From: Octopus sinensis
Taxonomy: Eukaryota
Length of the DNA: 64,000 nt
Assembly: GCF_006345805.1 (NCBI RefSeq)
Contig: NW_021836136.1
Coordinates: forward strand, 1 to 64,000
Reading direction: 5' to 3'
How positions within the stretch are numbered: position 1 is the first letter of the stretch; the number at the start of each line of letters is the position of its first letter. The position numbers and the translations under genes were made by a program. Shown here one piece after another: positions 40,600 to 53,145 of the stretch. The notes under the pieces are model-generated. The model was not told the origin of the DNA and made no database searches. It saw only the letters and a program-made list of their open reading frames with translations.

Positions 40600-41670
40600 G
40601 CATGTGCAAGTTGTTTGCAAGACATAGAATAATAAACTGTTTTCAGTCCTTACTGAAGCTGACAAATAAATACTGGAAAGAAGTCATAGTACCTAACAAC
40701 TATGAAGAAAAAGAAGAAACAACAAAAGTTGTAAAACAACTGAAATCCAAACTAAAACTGGAAAAGCAATGGATCATGATAAAATGATGGTAAGAAAGGC
40801 CCCATCATGGCAGATATTGGGTGAAACTAAAGAGAAAAGAAATAGACAAAGCAAAATTCTAACAATGGCTGAGAAGCTCAGGACTCAAAGCAGAGACTGA
40901 AGGATTTTTAATTACAGCATGAAATCAAAACCTTCCCACCAGAAATTACCAAAAACATGTACTGAAAAGAAATATGAGTAACTGCAGAATATGTGCAGAT
41001 AGAGAAGAACCAATAAATCATATTGTCTCTAGCTGCCTAGTCCTGGCTAAGAAGGAATATATTCACAGACACGACAGAGTTGGGACCCATATACGTTGGA
41101 AGATATGCCAACACTATGGAAATAACAACAGAAAAAAGATGGTATAGGCACATGCCAGAAAAGGTCACAGAAAATGAGAAAGCAACCATACTCTGGGATA
41201 TGCCAATACACACAAATAGAGAAATTAAGGCTAATATGCTTGACATGGTTGTCAGAGAATCCAAGCAAAAAAAAAAATGCTTTCTAACTGATGTATCAAT
41301 ACCAGCAGATGACAATGTTTCTCTAAAAGAAACGGACAAACATTCAAAATACAAAAATCTGGAAATAGAGGTAACTTGAATGTAGAGTCTAAAAACAGGA
41401 ACAATTCTTATCATAGTAGGTGCATTAGGTATGACAAAAAAATATTCAGACAGATACAGAGCAAAAACACTAAGACTAACAAGTATGCATAACATACAGA
41501 AAATAGCACTACTAGGCACTGCACACATCCTCCGTAAAACACATTCGATACAGTAAAAATAAGAGCATCACAACAAACCACAGCATACACCCACATCACA
41601 CAGAGCTGCACTCAATAGTGCAGCGAAAACACATGATAAAAATAAGACTACTGAATAATAATAATAGTAA
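40600..41670 (+). mobile_element. Second R4/Dong-like LINE 3' portion with short (TAA)n tail
   Basis: WLRSSGLKAETEG; CRICADREEPINHIVSSC (CX2CX8HX4C); RHDRVG; ILWDMPIHT; DVSIPADDNVSLKE..SKYKNL; VGALG; LLGTAHILRK. TAATAATAATAG at about 41655. Confidence 0.9.
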
Positions 41671-42806
41671 ACAGCAAAATACAGTAGATGCAAGAATCAA
41701 TATATATGAAATAGGGACAATCTCTGTTAAAAGGAAATGTTACTAGCCTTCATTTATGTCCTGAACCTATTGAAAGGATGGCAAGTTTTTATTATCTACT
41801 TTAATAGTATATAAACAGTTAGAGATCAAAGGAAGCATAGTTATTTCACAGGTTCTTTTACGGTAAAACAAATATTTTCATACAGCTAAATCAGTATGTT
41901 GCATGGCAGTACATGTCATGATATTCCTTTCTAAACAAATATTTGGAATCATCTAATTGACTATTCATTTGTTTTCATCTGGGGATTTATTTAAGGTTAC
42001 TGCTTCAGCTAAATGTTGTTCATGAAGGGCATAACGAGAATAAAAAGAAGCCATACACCAATTACAATATCATGCCCTAATACACTTTCACACTCAGGGG
42101 ACAGATTTTCTAAGTAAATATAAGAAAAGAATATTAAATGAAAAAGAACAAGACATAACAAATACTCTATGAAGAGGGAAAATAAAGCATCAATCCAAGA
42201 AGGAATATTTCCCCAAATATATTTTATATTTAGAAAGTATTTGTTTATTATTTTTTCAATGCATATTTTTACTGATACAGAAGAAAATAATTCATCCATT
42301 TTATAAGAACAATGGATATAGATATAAATTTCTTTTCCAAACATAATATAGTTGTATTGCCTAAAAACATGTCAGACCATTTGTGTTAACCACATACAAC
42401 CTTTGCAGATTATATTAAATCTTCTAAATTTACAGCAAGGTTGAAGCGTAACACTTCAAATCTCAATCATTTATTAAATAGTTTTCTTTAAAGAAGGTTA
42501 GTGCTAAGATCAGCTTTAAACAATGTTACAGCTAAGATCAGCCACTCCTTTCTTCCCCCAATGGATTGTCACTAAAATATCACAGCTTCACTGTGATCTT
42601 ATCAGAAATAAAAGCAGAGAGAGTGTGTTGAAATGCTTTTGTACAATAAATTATGCAATAAGTGCTATTATACATGACACTATTTTTATATTTTGTTGAC
42701 AGTCTCAGAATGAAAAATAAAATGAAAAAAAAAAACAGAACCTATGTGATTCCAGATCATTTTTATAAGCATTTCTCACAAAAGCTAAGATCATTTTTCC
42801 TTTTAG

Positions 42807-42829
42807 ATCTGACATTCGCGATGTAAAAG
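42807..42829 (+). CDS. Candidate 23-nt microexon (only open frame: SDIRDVK, phase 2 to 1)
   Basis: Acceptor TCATTTTTCCTTTTAG, donor AAG|GTAAGC. Retains two CpGs (TTCGCGAT) in CpG-poor surroundings. Confidence 0.45.
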
Positions 42830-43289
42830 GTAAGCTATATTAACTTTGAATCTGAAACTGAAAGAAACATTTCAAAATGTTCAATACAAAAATAGAATAT
42901 TGATTTCTTACATTACCACAAAGGTATGTGAAGAGTATATTTATTTCACTCAACTTCATGATATTATTGGCACTTACATGATTCATCCCAGAAAGATAAA
43001 ATTCAAAGCTGATCCAGCCATATTTGATCACAGGTTTAATGTAAGGTGAAGGTAAAATTTTTCAAGGCATTCTATCCACATAACACCTTTGCTTTTGACA
43101 AGTCATTACTCTAAGTAAAATAGAAAATTAAAGATACGCACATTTTGTTTTTAGCACTAAAATATGTCTATTCAGAAAGTTGCCATTTATCACAAATCAT
43201 TTGTATTTATTTGTATATACATCTTTGTGACAATATATATTTAAGTGAGATACAAACATTATCCATGTCATTTAAATAATAATAATAAT

Positions 43290-43488
43290 CCTTACTATAG
43301 GTAAAAGGCTTGGATTTTAGGGAGCCAATTACATCAACCCCAGTGCTCAAAAGGTAGTTACTTTACTGACCCAAAAAGGATGAAAGGCAAAGTTGACCAG
43401 AGCGAAATTTGAATGCAAAACATGAAGATGGACAAAACACAGCTAAGTATTATGTCTGACATGTCAACAATTCTGCCAACTCACTGCC
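43290..43488 (-). mobile_element. Degenerate SINE family A
   Basis: ACCCAAAAAGGATGAAAGGCAAAGTTGACC...TTCTGCCAACTCACTGCC. Confidence 0.7.
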
Positions 43489-43574
43489 ATAATAATAAAA
43501 ATCTGAAAAAAAAAATTTCCATGTAGCAATTCAAATTTTCTCATCAATACATACATATGTGTGTGTGCATATAT

Positions 43575-43872
43575 GATGGACTCTCCCATTAAAGACGACA
43601 TATGAACGTTCAGCTTTTGTTAAACAGCCTGCGCAAATGATTTGTTTATGGTGATCAAAAGTTCATGTTGCACACTATCTCACTCTCTCCATCAAATTGA
43701 CCTTCCCTGAGCAGGTGAATGGTGTACCACAGATCAGGTGTCAAAGTGATCGCAGAACAATGTGAGGTGAAGTGTTTTGCCCGAGAACACAATGCATCAC
43801 CTGGTCTAGGATTTGAAATCACAATTGCTAGATCATGAGTGCAACTCCCTAACCACTAAGCCATGCACCTCA
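43575..43872 (-). mobile_element. tRNA-derived SINE, third type (family C)
   Basis: Minus-strand head GCATGGCTTAGTGGTTAGGGAG (A box) and TTTCAAATCCTAGACCAGG (B-box like). The 3' boundary is approximate. Confidence 0.6.
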
Positions 43873-43883
43873 CTATATATATA

Positions 43884-44270
43884 TATAGGAGTGGCTGTGT
43901 GGTAAGTAGCTTGCTAACCAACCACATGGTTCTGGGTTCAGTCCCACTGCGTGGCATCTTGGGCAAGTGTCTTCTGCTATAGCCCTGGGCCGACCAATGC
44001 CTTGTGAGTGGATTTGGTAGACGGAAACTGAAAGAAGCCTGACGTATATATGTATATATGTGTATGTGTTTGTGTGTCTGTGTTTGTCCCCCTAGCATTG
44101 CTTGACAACCGATGCTGGTGTGTTTACGTCCCCGTCACATAGCAGTTTGGCAAAAGAGACCGATAGAATAAGTACTGGGCTTACAAAGAATAAGTCCCGG
44201 GGTTGATTTGCTTGACTAAAAGCGGTGCTCCAGCATGGCCACAGTCAAATGACTGAAACATGTAAAAGAG
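43884..44270 (+). mobile_element. Full-length SINE family B inserted in (TA)n
   Basis: A box TGGCTGTGTGG, B box GGTTCAGTCCC, central TA/TG tract, end GTCAAATGACTGAAACATGTAAAAGAG, (TA)n on both flanks. Confidence 0.85.
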
Positions 44271-45169
44271 TATATATATATATATATATATATATACTGT
44301 ACAGAGGCCTGATTTACATGTATATGTGCGTGCACTTGCATATGCAATGGTATTTTGATTACTAGCTTTAAAAAACTAGTCCAGTGTCAAAAAGCTTAAA
44401 ATCTTGATTCAACAAATATAGGTCAATATAATAAGTATCAGACTGAAAAATGCTTTGGGGTCTAGATGATCATAGTCTAACGATTGAAACTTGTAAAAGA
44501 AATGTATGTACTGCATTCTTCATCAGTCTCTATGATCAGCATCCTGTTGTTCAACCAACTGAACGCCAGAAATGTGTAAATTTAATACAGTTCGTAGACT
44601 GAATGAGTTTGCCACAAAGTGTCAAAGCTGAACCATCTAGTTACTTGTAAACTGCACAAGAAAAAATAAAGAGGGAAAAGGTGAAGGACTGATGTAACAT
44701 GGCCTCAATGAAGTTGTGGTCAATGTTAAAAAAAACGCAAAGAGACAGAACAATTGTCACAGAGCATCTCTCTCCAGTACATGCACTCATAATGAAAACA
44801 ACCAACAAATTATTTCATTCTTTACATACATTTTCGTAACACCTTAGTAGTAACAATTACTTGTTTAGTTAAGCAAAGATATTGAAAACTGCCTATAAGG
44901 AATTACTCGGACTATGACAACCTAACCAACCTACACTCACAAATGTAAAAAATGATGATAAATAATTAAATCAATTGTTACTTAATAACTCTGTGTATGT
45001 GTGTGTGTGTGTGCATGCGTGCACATGCACGCATCATGTTTCCATATAGTGAGCATCAACCAAAGTCAGTTCCATGCAGTGGGACTGAACCTGAATCCAT
45101 ATGGTTGGGAAGCAAACTTAATAATATACCATATATAATTTTAAAGGAACGATTTAAAAAAAAAAAATT

Positions 45170-45280
45170 TGGTACAAGGTTAGCGATTTTGAGGGGTCAA
45201 TTACATCGACCCCCAGTACATAACTGGCACTTATTTTATAGGCCCTGAAAGGATGAAAGGGAAACTCAACCTCAGTGGAA
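45170..45280 (-). mobile_element. SINE family A 3' fragment
   Basis: TTACATCGACCCCCAGTAC...CCCTGAAAGGATGAAAGG. Confidence 0.65.
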
Positions 45281-47989
45281 TACTTCTAATTCATTATGAT
45301 CTGAGTTCAAAGCACTCTTTTTGACACTAACAATTCTTCCAGCTTGCAACATTGAGGAACTAATTTTAGTAACATTTTAAAATGCTTACTGCTGAAAAAA
45401 AAATTAGTTAACAGGAGTTTTTTCATGTTCCAGACTGTGGCTCACCCAATAAAGAAGCCACTATTTCTGAGTTCTTTCCTATTATCAGACTTAGTATGAA
45501 TAACAACAACTATTAAATATCCAATTAAAAATTACATATGTTACTGAGTATAGTTGTCCTTCCATATGCCATTTCTTATTCCTTTTTAGAAGAGATATGA
45601 CAAGTATATTTTATATTTCTCTCCAGAGTATCATTCACTTTTCTTTTCTTCTTTCTTTTTTTTTTTTACCAAATCCTATATTTCTAAAAACGAAAACAAA
45701 TATAAAATTGAAGTTCTGAATGACTGACTTAGCAACAAGCAGGCACATACACATGCAGAGCATTACTTTCCTCCAATGAACATTCAGCTGAAAGTAATCA
45801 AATATGAATAAGTTTTATTGATTTTCAAGTTATTTTCCTTCCATTGTCAAGTTAAATTCAAATCACTGTTCTGTTGAGCATCTCTACAGTTATGGAGGTA
45901 ACTGGCACTTTATATATTAGTTTTTAATTCCACAAGCTCAAATCTATTGTTGAATGGAAATAATAAAAGAAAATATTTTGTGCATGCGCATACACACAGT
46001 CTCACTGGTACATATGCACATATCTACACACACACACATGCATACATGTGCGTGTGTGTGTGGTGTGTTGAAACATTCCAATTTCAGTAATAATATCCAA
46101 AAGCAATTATCTTTAAGCAGACAGTTTTCAGCAGTTTCCATCTCTTGCATAGAAGCTACAAACTTATGTTTTCATTTTCATTGATATCTTAATAAAGTAT
46201 GCATACATCTATACATGTATGAAATAAACATATCCTACTAGCCAATATTGTTGGTTAAAATAATACTACTTTTGTTCTGCTAATACATAAGGCATCTGAT
46301 ATTTTAACTCATAAAAGGATAAATCCTATCCTCACATACACACATGCTATATGTATATATATATATATATATATATGAAAGTAGCTGAGTATCTGCTATT
46401 ACAGAAATCATTTTCTTCTTTGTCCCCACTTTTTTTTTTTTTTTTTTTCACCGCTATTAGTCCACACAATATTTTAGAAAAGAAATCTTCTGAAAAGATA
46501 ATCACTGCCTGGATAATATAATACTGAAAAAAAAAAAAATTAGTATAAATCTATCTATTGAGAAAATATGAGAGATGAATATTATTTGGATAAAAATATA
46601 AATAACATTGATACCAAATGATAAAGAAAATTCTCTGAAATTACTCTCCACATGTATCAATTCTACAAAACTGTTCTTAATTCCATGATGCATTGTATAA
46701 TACAGTTTACAAAGTGAAATCAAGAAAATAAGATCATCTTTGTAGCATAATTGCTATATTTTTTTGTTATCTATATAGTTGGTTTTTAGCTTGATAAGTA
46801 AGAGTTCCTTTAATGTTTCTGAATAATTTAGTAAAAAGAAAGTAATTCTAAAATATTAGCAAGCTTATTTCAATATGACAGTCTTAAATTAAGTTTCCAG
46901 ATTTACGATAGGTAAATGTTAATCAATTTCTCAGACTTGACATTAGGTTTAAGTCTGGAATGAAAATGATAATACAATTTGAATTATTTTTGTTCTTAGC
47001 ATCGTAAAACTAAGTGCAAGTACTATATATCTTTAATATAATACTTGCACTTACTTTTTACATGTCAATATTGCATATGGCTTTAAAATAATCAGGATAT
47101 AATACTCTTGCACACTGACATGCAAATCTGTCATCAAAACTACCCTTCTATGAACACTATACATCGTATATCTCTTCAATCAGCAGTTCTTTTCTGAAGA
47201 AAGAACTACCAAAAAATTCTCTGACCAACATCCAATATATTCTGGCGAGCTCTAAGATTTGGTTCTGTCTGTAACATTCTTTTGTTTTATGGAAATATGA
47301 CTTGTAGATAATGCCCTATTTAAAACTTTGCGAATTGTCAACACTTAAGAATTATCCACCTACAATATAGATACACCACACCAAATCTACACAAATTTCA
47401 TGGATAGCGACCTCAAAAACATCCTCCATTTAGGTATACTAGGCTTATATGCTTTAACAGCAGTAAAAAAGAGAAAAACACAAGCATCACACATTTGAAG
47501 GAAACTTCACAGAACTTCACCCTCCTGAAATATGATCAACATGCTAATTAAGCCATCATAATTGCTCCAAATGCTAGGGCCTCACAATCACCAAGAATCT
47601 CATCTGAGGAATAAACATTTCTAACAGAGTAAATACCTGAATCTCAAAGACTAGCCTTTTTCTTGAGAGCCCCCAAAATACTCCAGCCTTTATTAATTAT
47701 TGACTATGTGCAGAAAGCTCAGTTGAGACACACAACTAAGAGCTGATACCACATCTGGATGAGAGTGGCATCTATACACAAGGACAACTTCGACTGTATC
47801 CAAACTGGTTAGCATAAAGTCACTCAGACATCTTAGACATGTTGTCACCCCTCTCTCTCTCTCTCTCTTTCTTTCTCTGGCTTTTGTACCACTTCTACAA
47901 TGGCCTCTGCTCCTTAGAACAAGTTGGTTTCATGCAGTCTTCACTCAGTACTTTGACTCATTTATCGTCTGTTGAGTTTAGCATCAAAA

Positions 47990-49250
47990 CTGTACTGTGA
48001 GGATGAGTTCGTGAAGCATGCATACTGAAGGTTGCAGAAGTTGTATGCCCTGAGAAGTGACAGACTTTAGCCAACATTAAGCTGATGATAGGATTTCGGG
48101 CCTTTCTGTAGATTTGGACAGGCAACTGAAGCACAAAGTCAAGTCATTTATTACATTTTCAGTTGCAATTGATGAGAGCATGAACATTAGAAATGTTGTG
48201 CAACTGGCCATATTCATTTGTGGAGTAGACAAGATTTTGACCATCACCAAGGAGTTCCTGGAGTTGGTCCCTATGATGAACATCACAATAGCAAACGACA
48301 TTTTCATCTCTCTCATTGCAGAGCTGGACATCTCTCTCATTGTTTGACCTGCTAGAAGTAGTAACTGAATTACCTTTAAATCACACTCTACCATTTATAA
48401 AGAAATTTGCTAAGACCCCATAATTTACAATAAGAAACAAACCAGTTTGGATACAGTCGAAGTTGTCCTTGTGTATAGGTGCCACATTCATCCAGATGTG
48501 GTATCAGCTCTTAGCTGTGTGTCTCAACTGAGCTTTCTATAGATAGTCAGTAGTTAATAAAGTTGTCAGAGTGGAGTGAGCCTGTGCTGTTAGTGTGACT
48601 ACAGATGGCGCTTCATCAATGATTGAGAAAAAAAGCAGGTGATGTGATGCAGTTGAGAGAGAGAGAGAGAGAGAGTAAAGTCTGTTAATGGAGGATGTGA
48701 TTTTTGGATATTTCACTGCATTTTGCACCAGGTGGCATTGTGTTGCAAGCTGTTCAAAAAGGATCACGTCATGGAAGTGTTTGTCTGAACTGTTAATTTC
48801 ATTCGAAGTAGAGGTCTGAATCACTGTCAGTTTGACAGTCCTCTCAGTGATATAGGCATTACCTATGGCTTGCCATATCACACCTTGGTTAAGCCAAAGT
48901 GCCGTGTTGAAGTGTTTAATCTACAAGAAGAAATTGAACAGTTCATAGAGAAAAAGGGTAAACCAATGTTAGAATTTCAATCACCAGAATGGCTGCAAGA
49001 TCTAGCATTTACTGTGGATATTACAGAGTACTTGAATAATCTGAACAAAATGCTGGATGGCCATAAAAAAGTTGACACAGTATTTTGAAAGCATGCACGT
49101 GTTCAAGATGAAGCTAGCTTTGTGGGAGACACAACAGTTAGATGCTGACACTGCTCCTTTTCTTTGTCTAAAAGATGTGGTTGCGACTGCAGATAATGTT
49201 GACATGGATAGGTACAAAGACAATATCACAGGATTTGTGTCTGGGACACA
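47990..49250 (+). mobile_element. hAT-superfamily (Charlie/SPIN/GTF2IRD2-like) transposase fossil, split by an insertion at about 48331-48562
   Basis: FSVAIDES..VQLAIFICGV..EFLELVPM; VSVTTDGASSM; FHCILHQ (CxxH); VNFIRSRGLNH; WLQDLAFTVDITEYLNNLN. Confidence 0.88.
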
Positions 49251-49646
49251 AACTACATAAAATAATGTATGGAATGGTCACAGTTGGAGTACGATTGATC
49301 ATAACTCTACACAATCAGTTGACCAGTAGGTAAATAAAACAAAGACTAACTATATAAATATTCATGTGCAATACAATATTTATATTATTCTTGGCATAAA
49401 ATATTTAACTCTTCGACATAAACTATTTTAGTTTTAGGTAGCAATTAAAGGTATTGAGTATGAAGCTCAATTGTTATTTGACAACATCCCTTTTAAAATG
49501 TTAACTGAATGTGATGGCTATATATATCTTCCTTGGTGGAATTAAAAGTGAAAAGTCAGTAAGATATTTCATACATTTGTCATAAGAGCAGTCAATACAA
49601 TGAAGATATTTTTTCCATCCATCACTTTTTATTAAGTAACAGGTTT

Positions 49647-49753
49647 GTTCTTACTCTGAAACCAATGAAAATCCTCCTGTTTATGATATCAAGAAAGTTA
49701 GCTTTCTCAGAATCATAAATAGGATTATTTCCATTGGTTTTAAGAGTAAGAAC
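49647..49753. repeat. Imperfect 107-bp palindrome (hairpin with 4-nt loop)
   Basis: Arms 49647-49697 and 49702-49753: 42 Watson-Crick pairs plus one G-U, counted by eye. Confidence 0.8.
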
Positions 49754-51499
49754 TATTCTGTTATTGAACCCAAAGTATGTACATTATCGCTGACTACACT
49801 CATACTATATTATACTTTACTTGGTTCAAACTTCATCAATATAACAACAACAAAATCAAAGGCGGTTAATGAGAAACTGTACATGTAAACCACTCTAATT
49901 AAATTCTATCACAGATATCATAATTAAAACAAGATAAATTCCAACCAAATATGATTATACTTACAAGTAATTACTAGTATAATTAATTCAATCATATCTG
50001 AACAACCAACATGTATGCATCTTCTAAAGTGTTACATAGACGAAATTACAGAGAAGTGCTAATGCAGTAATTTTACAAATTATGATGTAATAGTGTAAGA
50101 TATTTAAAAGAAAATGTAATGAATTCCAAAGATAAGTGATGCTACTTATGAAGTAGTTGTTTGACCTGCTAGAATTAGTAACTGAATTACCTTTAAATCA
50201 CACTCTACCATTTATAAAGAAATTTGCTAAGACCCCATAATTTACAATAAGAAAAAAGCCAGAATTGAAAAGTGTTCAGAACTATGTGACATAAAAATAT
50301 GTCCTTTCATCCATTCTTATCTAACAACTTACATCTACACAAACATTTCTCAATCTACAAAAGATAACCACAGACGCTTACACAGATAACATCACAGTCT
50401 TTGATCCCACCTTTCATCTGATACAGCTTCACAACTACTTCCATCTTAGTACCAACAATACCACAAAAGAAAGTCAAATAAAAAGAGCTATCATACAAAG
50501 CAACAAAACAAAAATGCACAACAAATCCAAGAGAAAAATAAAACGAATTACATTCGCACAAATTACATTCTGTAACATTTACAACATCAAAGACATATGA
50601 ACATAAGCAAAATTATACTTAACCACATGTAGTACATTCATAGTTAGCCAACACACAAACACCAATAGGTATGGATACTATCTATTGCACATGAGCACTC
50701 AAGCTCTACAAACAAACAAAGAAAACAAAAGAGTGTTCACTGCATCATCACATGCAGCCCACAGACTACATATGCAAGGCAATAAATATTGAAATTACCA
50801 CTTGGATATGGTAGATATAGTTTATTACCATGGCAAAGCCCAACCCTCACAGTCCATCTCATTTTATGTACAATCACACCAACATCCATACACATGTACT
50901 TTACTCTCCAGAATACTACTTCATCATCTTTAAAAACAATATACACTCATACAAATAAATACAAAATTAATCACACGTATGCAGAAAAATAGCAGAAGAA
51001 TCAACATCATTACTCCTCAAACTTTAAACTGGAATGTAAATTAGCAATAACGAATGCAGAGGAACACCACTTGTACTGAGTATGATCATGCCTGTCATTG
51101 TTCTGGTAACTACGAAAAAACAAACCAGACAGTTTTGGGGGAAATCACATCTGGTCTGCTACACAGCACATCATACAATAAACCAATGCAATGTATGGTC
51201 ATCAACTAGGAGGGACAGCATATTTAGAACAATGGATTTGTTGATTGCAACTTGTCATTTAACTTAAAATCTTCTCTAGTAGGATCTCAATGATGGCTGC
51301 CTCGGGCTAAACATCAACAATACCATTATCAAATGTATTGAAAAAACTAATCAAGTCAATGATCTTTTTTTTTACAAAGGATTGAAGCATTATACTTAAA
51401 AGGGAGTAATGATAATTTATATCTTCTTTAGAAGTATTAAAAACAGACTTTAGGCATTTGCATTTGAAAACTAAAACTGGGTGACAAGTTTATTTTACA

Positions 51500-51860
51500 G
51501 AAAATGCTACCGTAGACAGACAGATACGTAAAAGAACGCCGACGTGATGGGAAGGTAAGAAACAGAGTGAGTGAAAAAGAGAGCAAATAGCGAGAGTGAC
51601 AGATACTTTAAATAACGGTAGTGGAACTGTCAAAGTTATAGATGAAGAGGAGTGAGAGGGTACTGGAGGAAATAGCGTGAGTGAGGAAGATCACCCCTAG
51701 CAACCACACCTTTTAAGATAGGGATTTCTAAGGTAACCCACAAGCTTCGTTACCTCATTCTACATGTCCCTGTAAATTTTGGAGCGAATCGGACGGGATG
51801 TAGTGGCATTGAAAGTGATCCAAGCGGTAAAAACGCATTTCAGTTTTATATATAGAGAAT
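51500..51860 (+). mobile_element. Possible Helentron/HINE-like non-autonomous element
   Basis: CpG-rich block with AAATTTTGGAGCGAATCGGAC, ending CAGTTTTATATATAGAG. Resembles HINE/Lep1-type 3' ends from memory only. Confidence 0.3.
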
Positions 51861-51873
51861 ATATATATATATA

Positions 51874-53145
51874 TTGGGTCATCCCATAAATAATGCATTT
51901 TTTTTTCAATTGCATGAACTAAAAGTTAGAGTAGGATGGGATAAACTACCTGAATCAACTTGCTATAAAGGTAAGTAGTAACTTTATCTTGTCCTTATTC
52001 TCAGTGCAAGTTTTGAAGAGTGCAGTTCGATTTTAGCAGTAATTGCTTCAAAGTGGAAGTGACAAAAGTGCATTTTCAGCAGATTCTGCTTTAAGAGTTC
52101 AATAAAGGCAACAACACAATGGAAAGTGGGGGGAATATTAATGCAGTGTATGGGGATCGGACAATAAGTGTAAGCGAGTGTCAACGGTGGTTTCAGAAAT
52201 TCCAAGCTGGAAACTACAGCCTAGAAGACGAACCTTGTCCTGGAAAGTCTGCAGAATTTGACAAGGACATCCTGCAAGCCCTGGTGGAATAAATTCCCAT
52301 TGTAACAGTTGAGGAACTAGCAGAGTAGCTCGGATTTGGTCATTTAACCATTCATCGATACCTGGCATGCCATCGAAAATGCCAGCAAATTGAGTCAGTG
52401 GGTTCCTCGCAAACTTTCCGAGTCTAATCACATGCAGGGAGTGAAGGTGTGTTCTTCTTTGCTGTCACGTCTCATGAATGAACCTTTTTTGGACTGAATA
52501 ATGACTGGTGAAGCAAAATGGGTTCTCTATAAGCACCAAAGACAGTGGGTAGAGAAAGGAGAAATACTGGCGCCCCAGGCTAAAGAAGGTCTTCACCGAT
52601 GTAAGGTGTTGTTATTTGTTTGGTGGGATATGAAAGGTTTACTCCACTTTGAACTCTTAAACCCACAACAAACGCTAACAAAGAAGATCTACTGTGAACA
52701 GCTTCAGTGGCTTAAGTCAGCTAGAAGATAAACAACCATCTTTGGTTTCAAGGTGGAAGGTGATGTTCTATCAGCATAATGCTCAGCCATATACTGTGAG
52801 GATGACATTTGAAAGGCTGAAGCAATTTGACTGGGAAATGATGTTCCACCCACCATATGCGCCGGACATTGCCCCATCTGATTATCATTTATTCTGCAGT
52901 CTTCAAAATCATTTGGACAGAAAAAATGGGAATTCTTTAGATGAGGTTGGAACAGTACTGGGGGAATATTTTTATCACAGACTAGTGAATTTTGGAATTG
53001 GAGCCTTGAAAGTCTACCAGAGAGATGGGAGAGCATTGTAGAAAATGAAGGAGAGTATATTTTAGATTAAAAAAGAACTTTGTTTATCTTAATTTTGGAA
53101 AGTAAAAAATGTATAAAGAAACGCATTATTTATGGGATGACACAA
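51874..53145 (+). mobile_element. Full-length (1272 bp) mariner transposon with a pseudogenised DD34D-type transposase
   Basis: TIRs TTGGGTCATCCCATAAATAATGC and GCATTATTTATGGGATGACACAA (22/23 match); TA TSD at 51872-73 and 53146-47; WVPRKL (52399), TGEAKWVLY, HNAQPY, PYAPDIAPSDYHLF; stop at 53068-70; frameshifts and internal stops. Confidence 0.93.

Noticed and set aside
47103-47845. Protein-like plus-strand frame (..ELIPHLDESGIYTQGQLRLYPNW..) and a minus-strand stretch resembling Pif1/Helitron motif VI (SH...ALS.V)
   Set aside because: The plus frame has about 12 stops in ~230 codons, which is not clearly below chance for this composition. The helicase likeness lacks the upstream HKSQG motif. 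It needs TBLASTX or HHpred to be reportable.
50500-50950. A/C-rich stretch vaguely like a LINE endonuclease N-terminus; similarly 58850-59750 like a decayed RT
   Set aside because: No diagnostic motif could be read with confidence.
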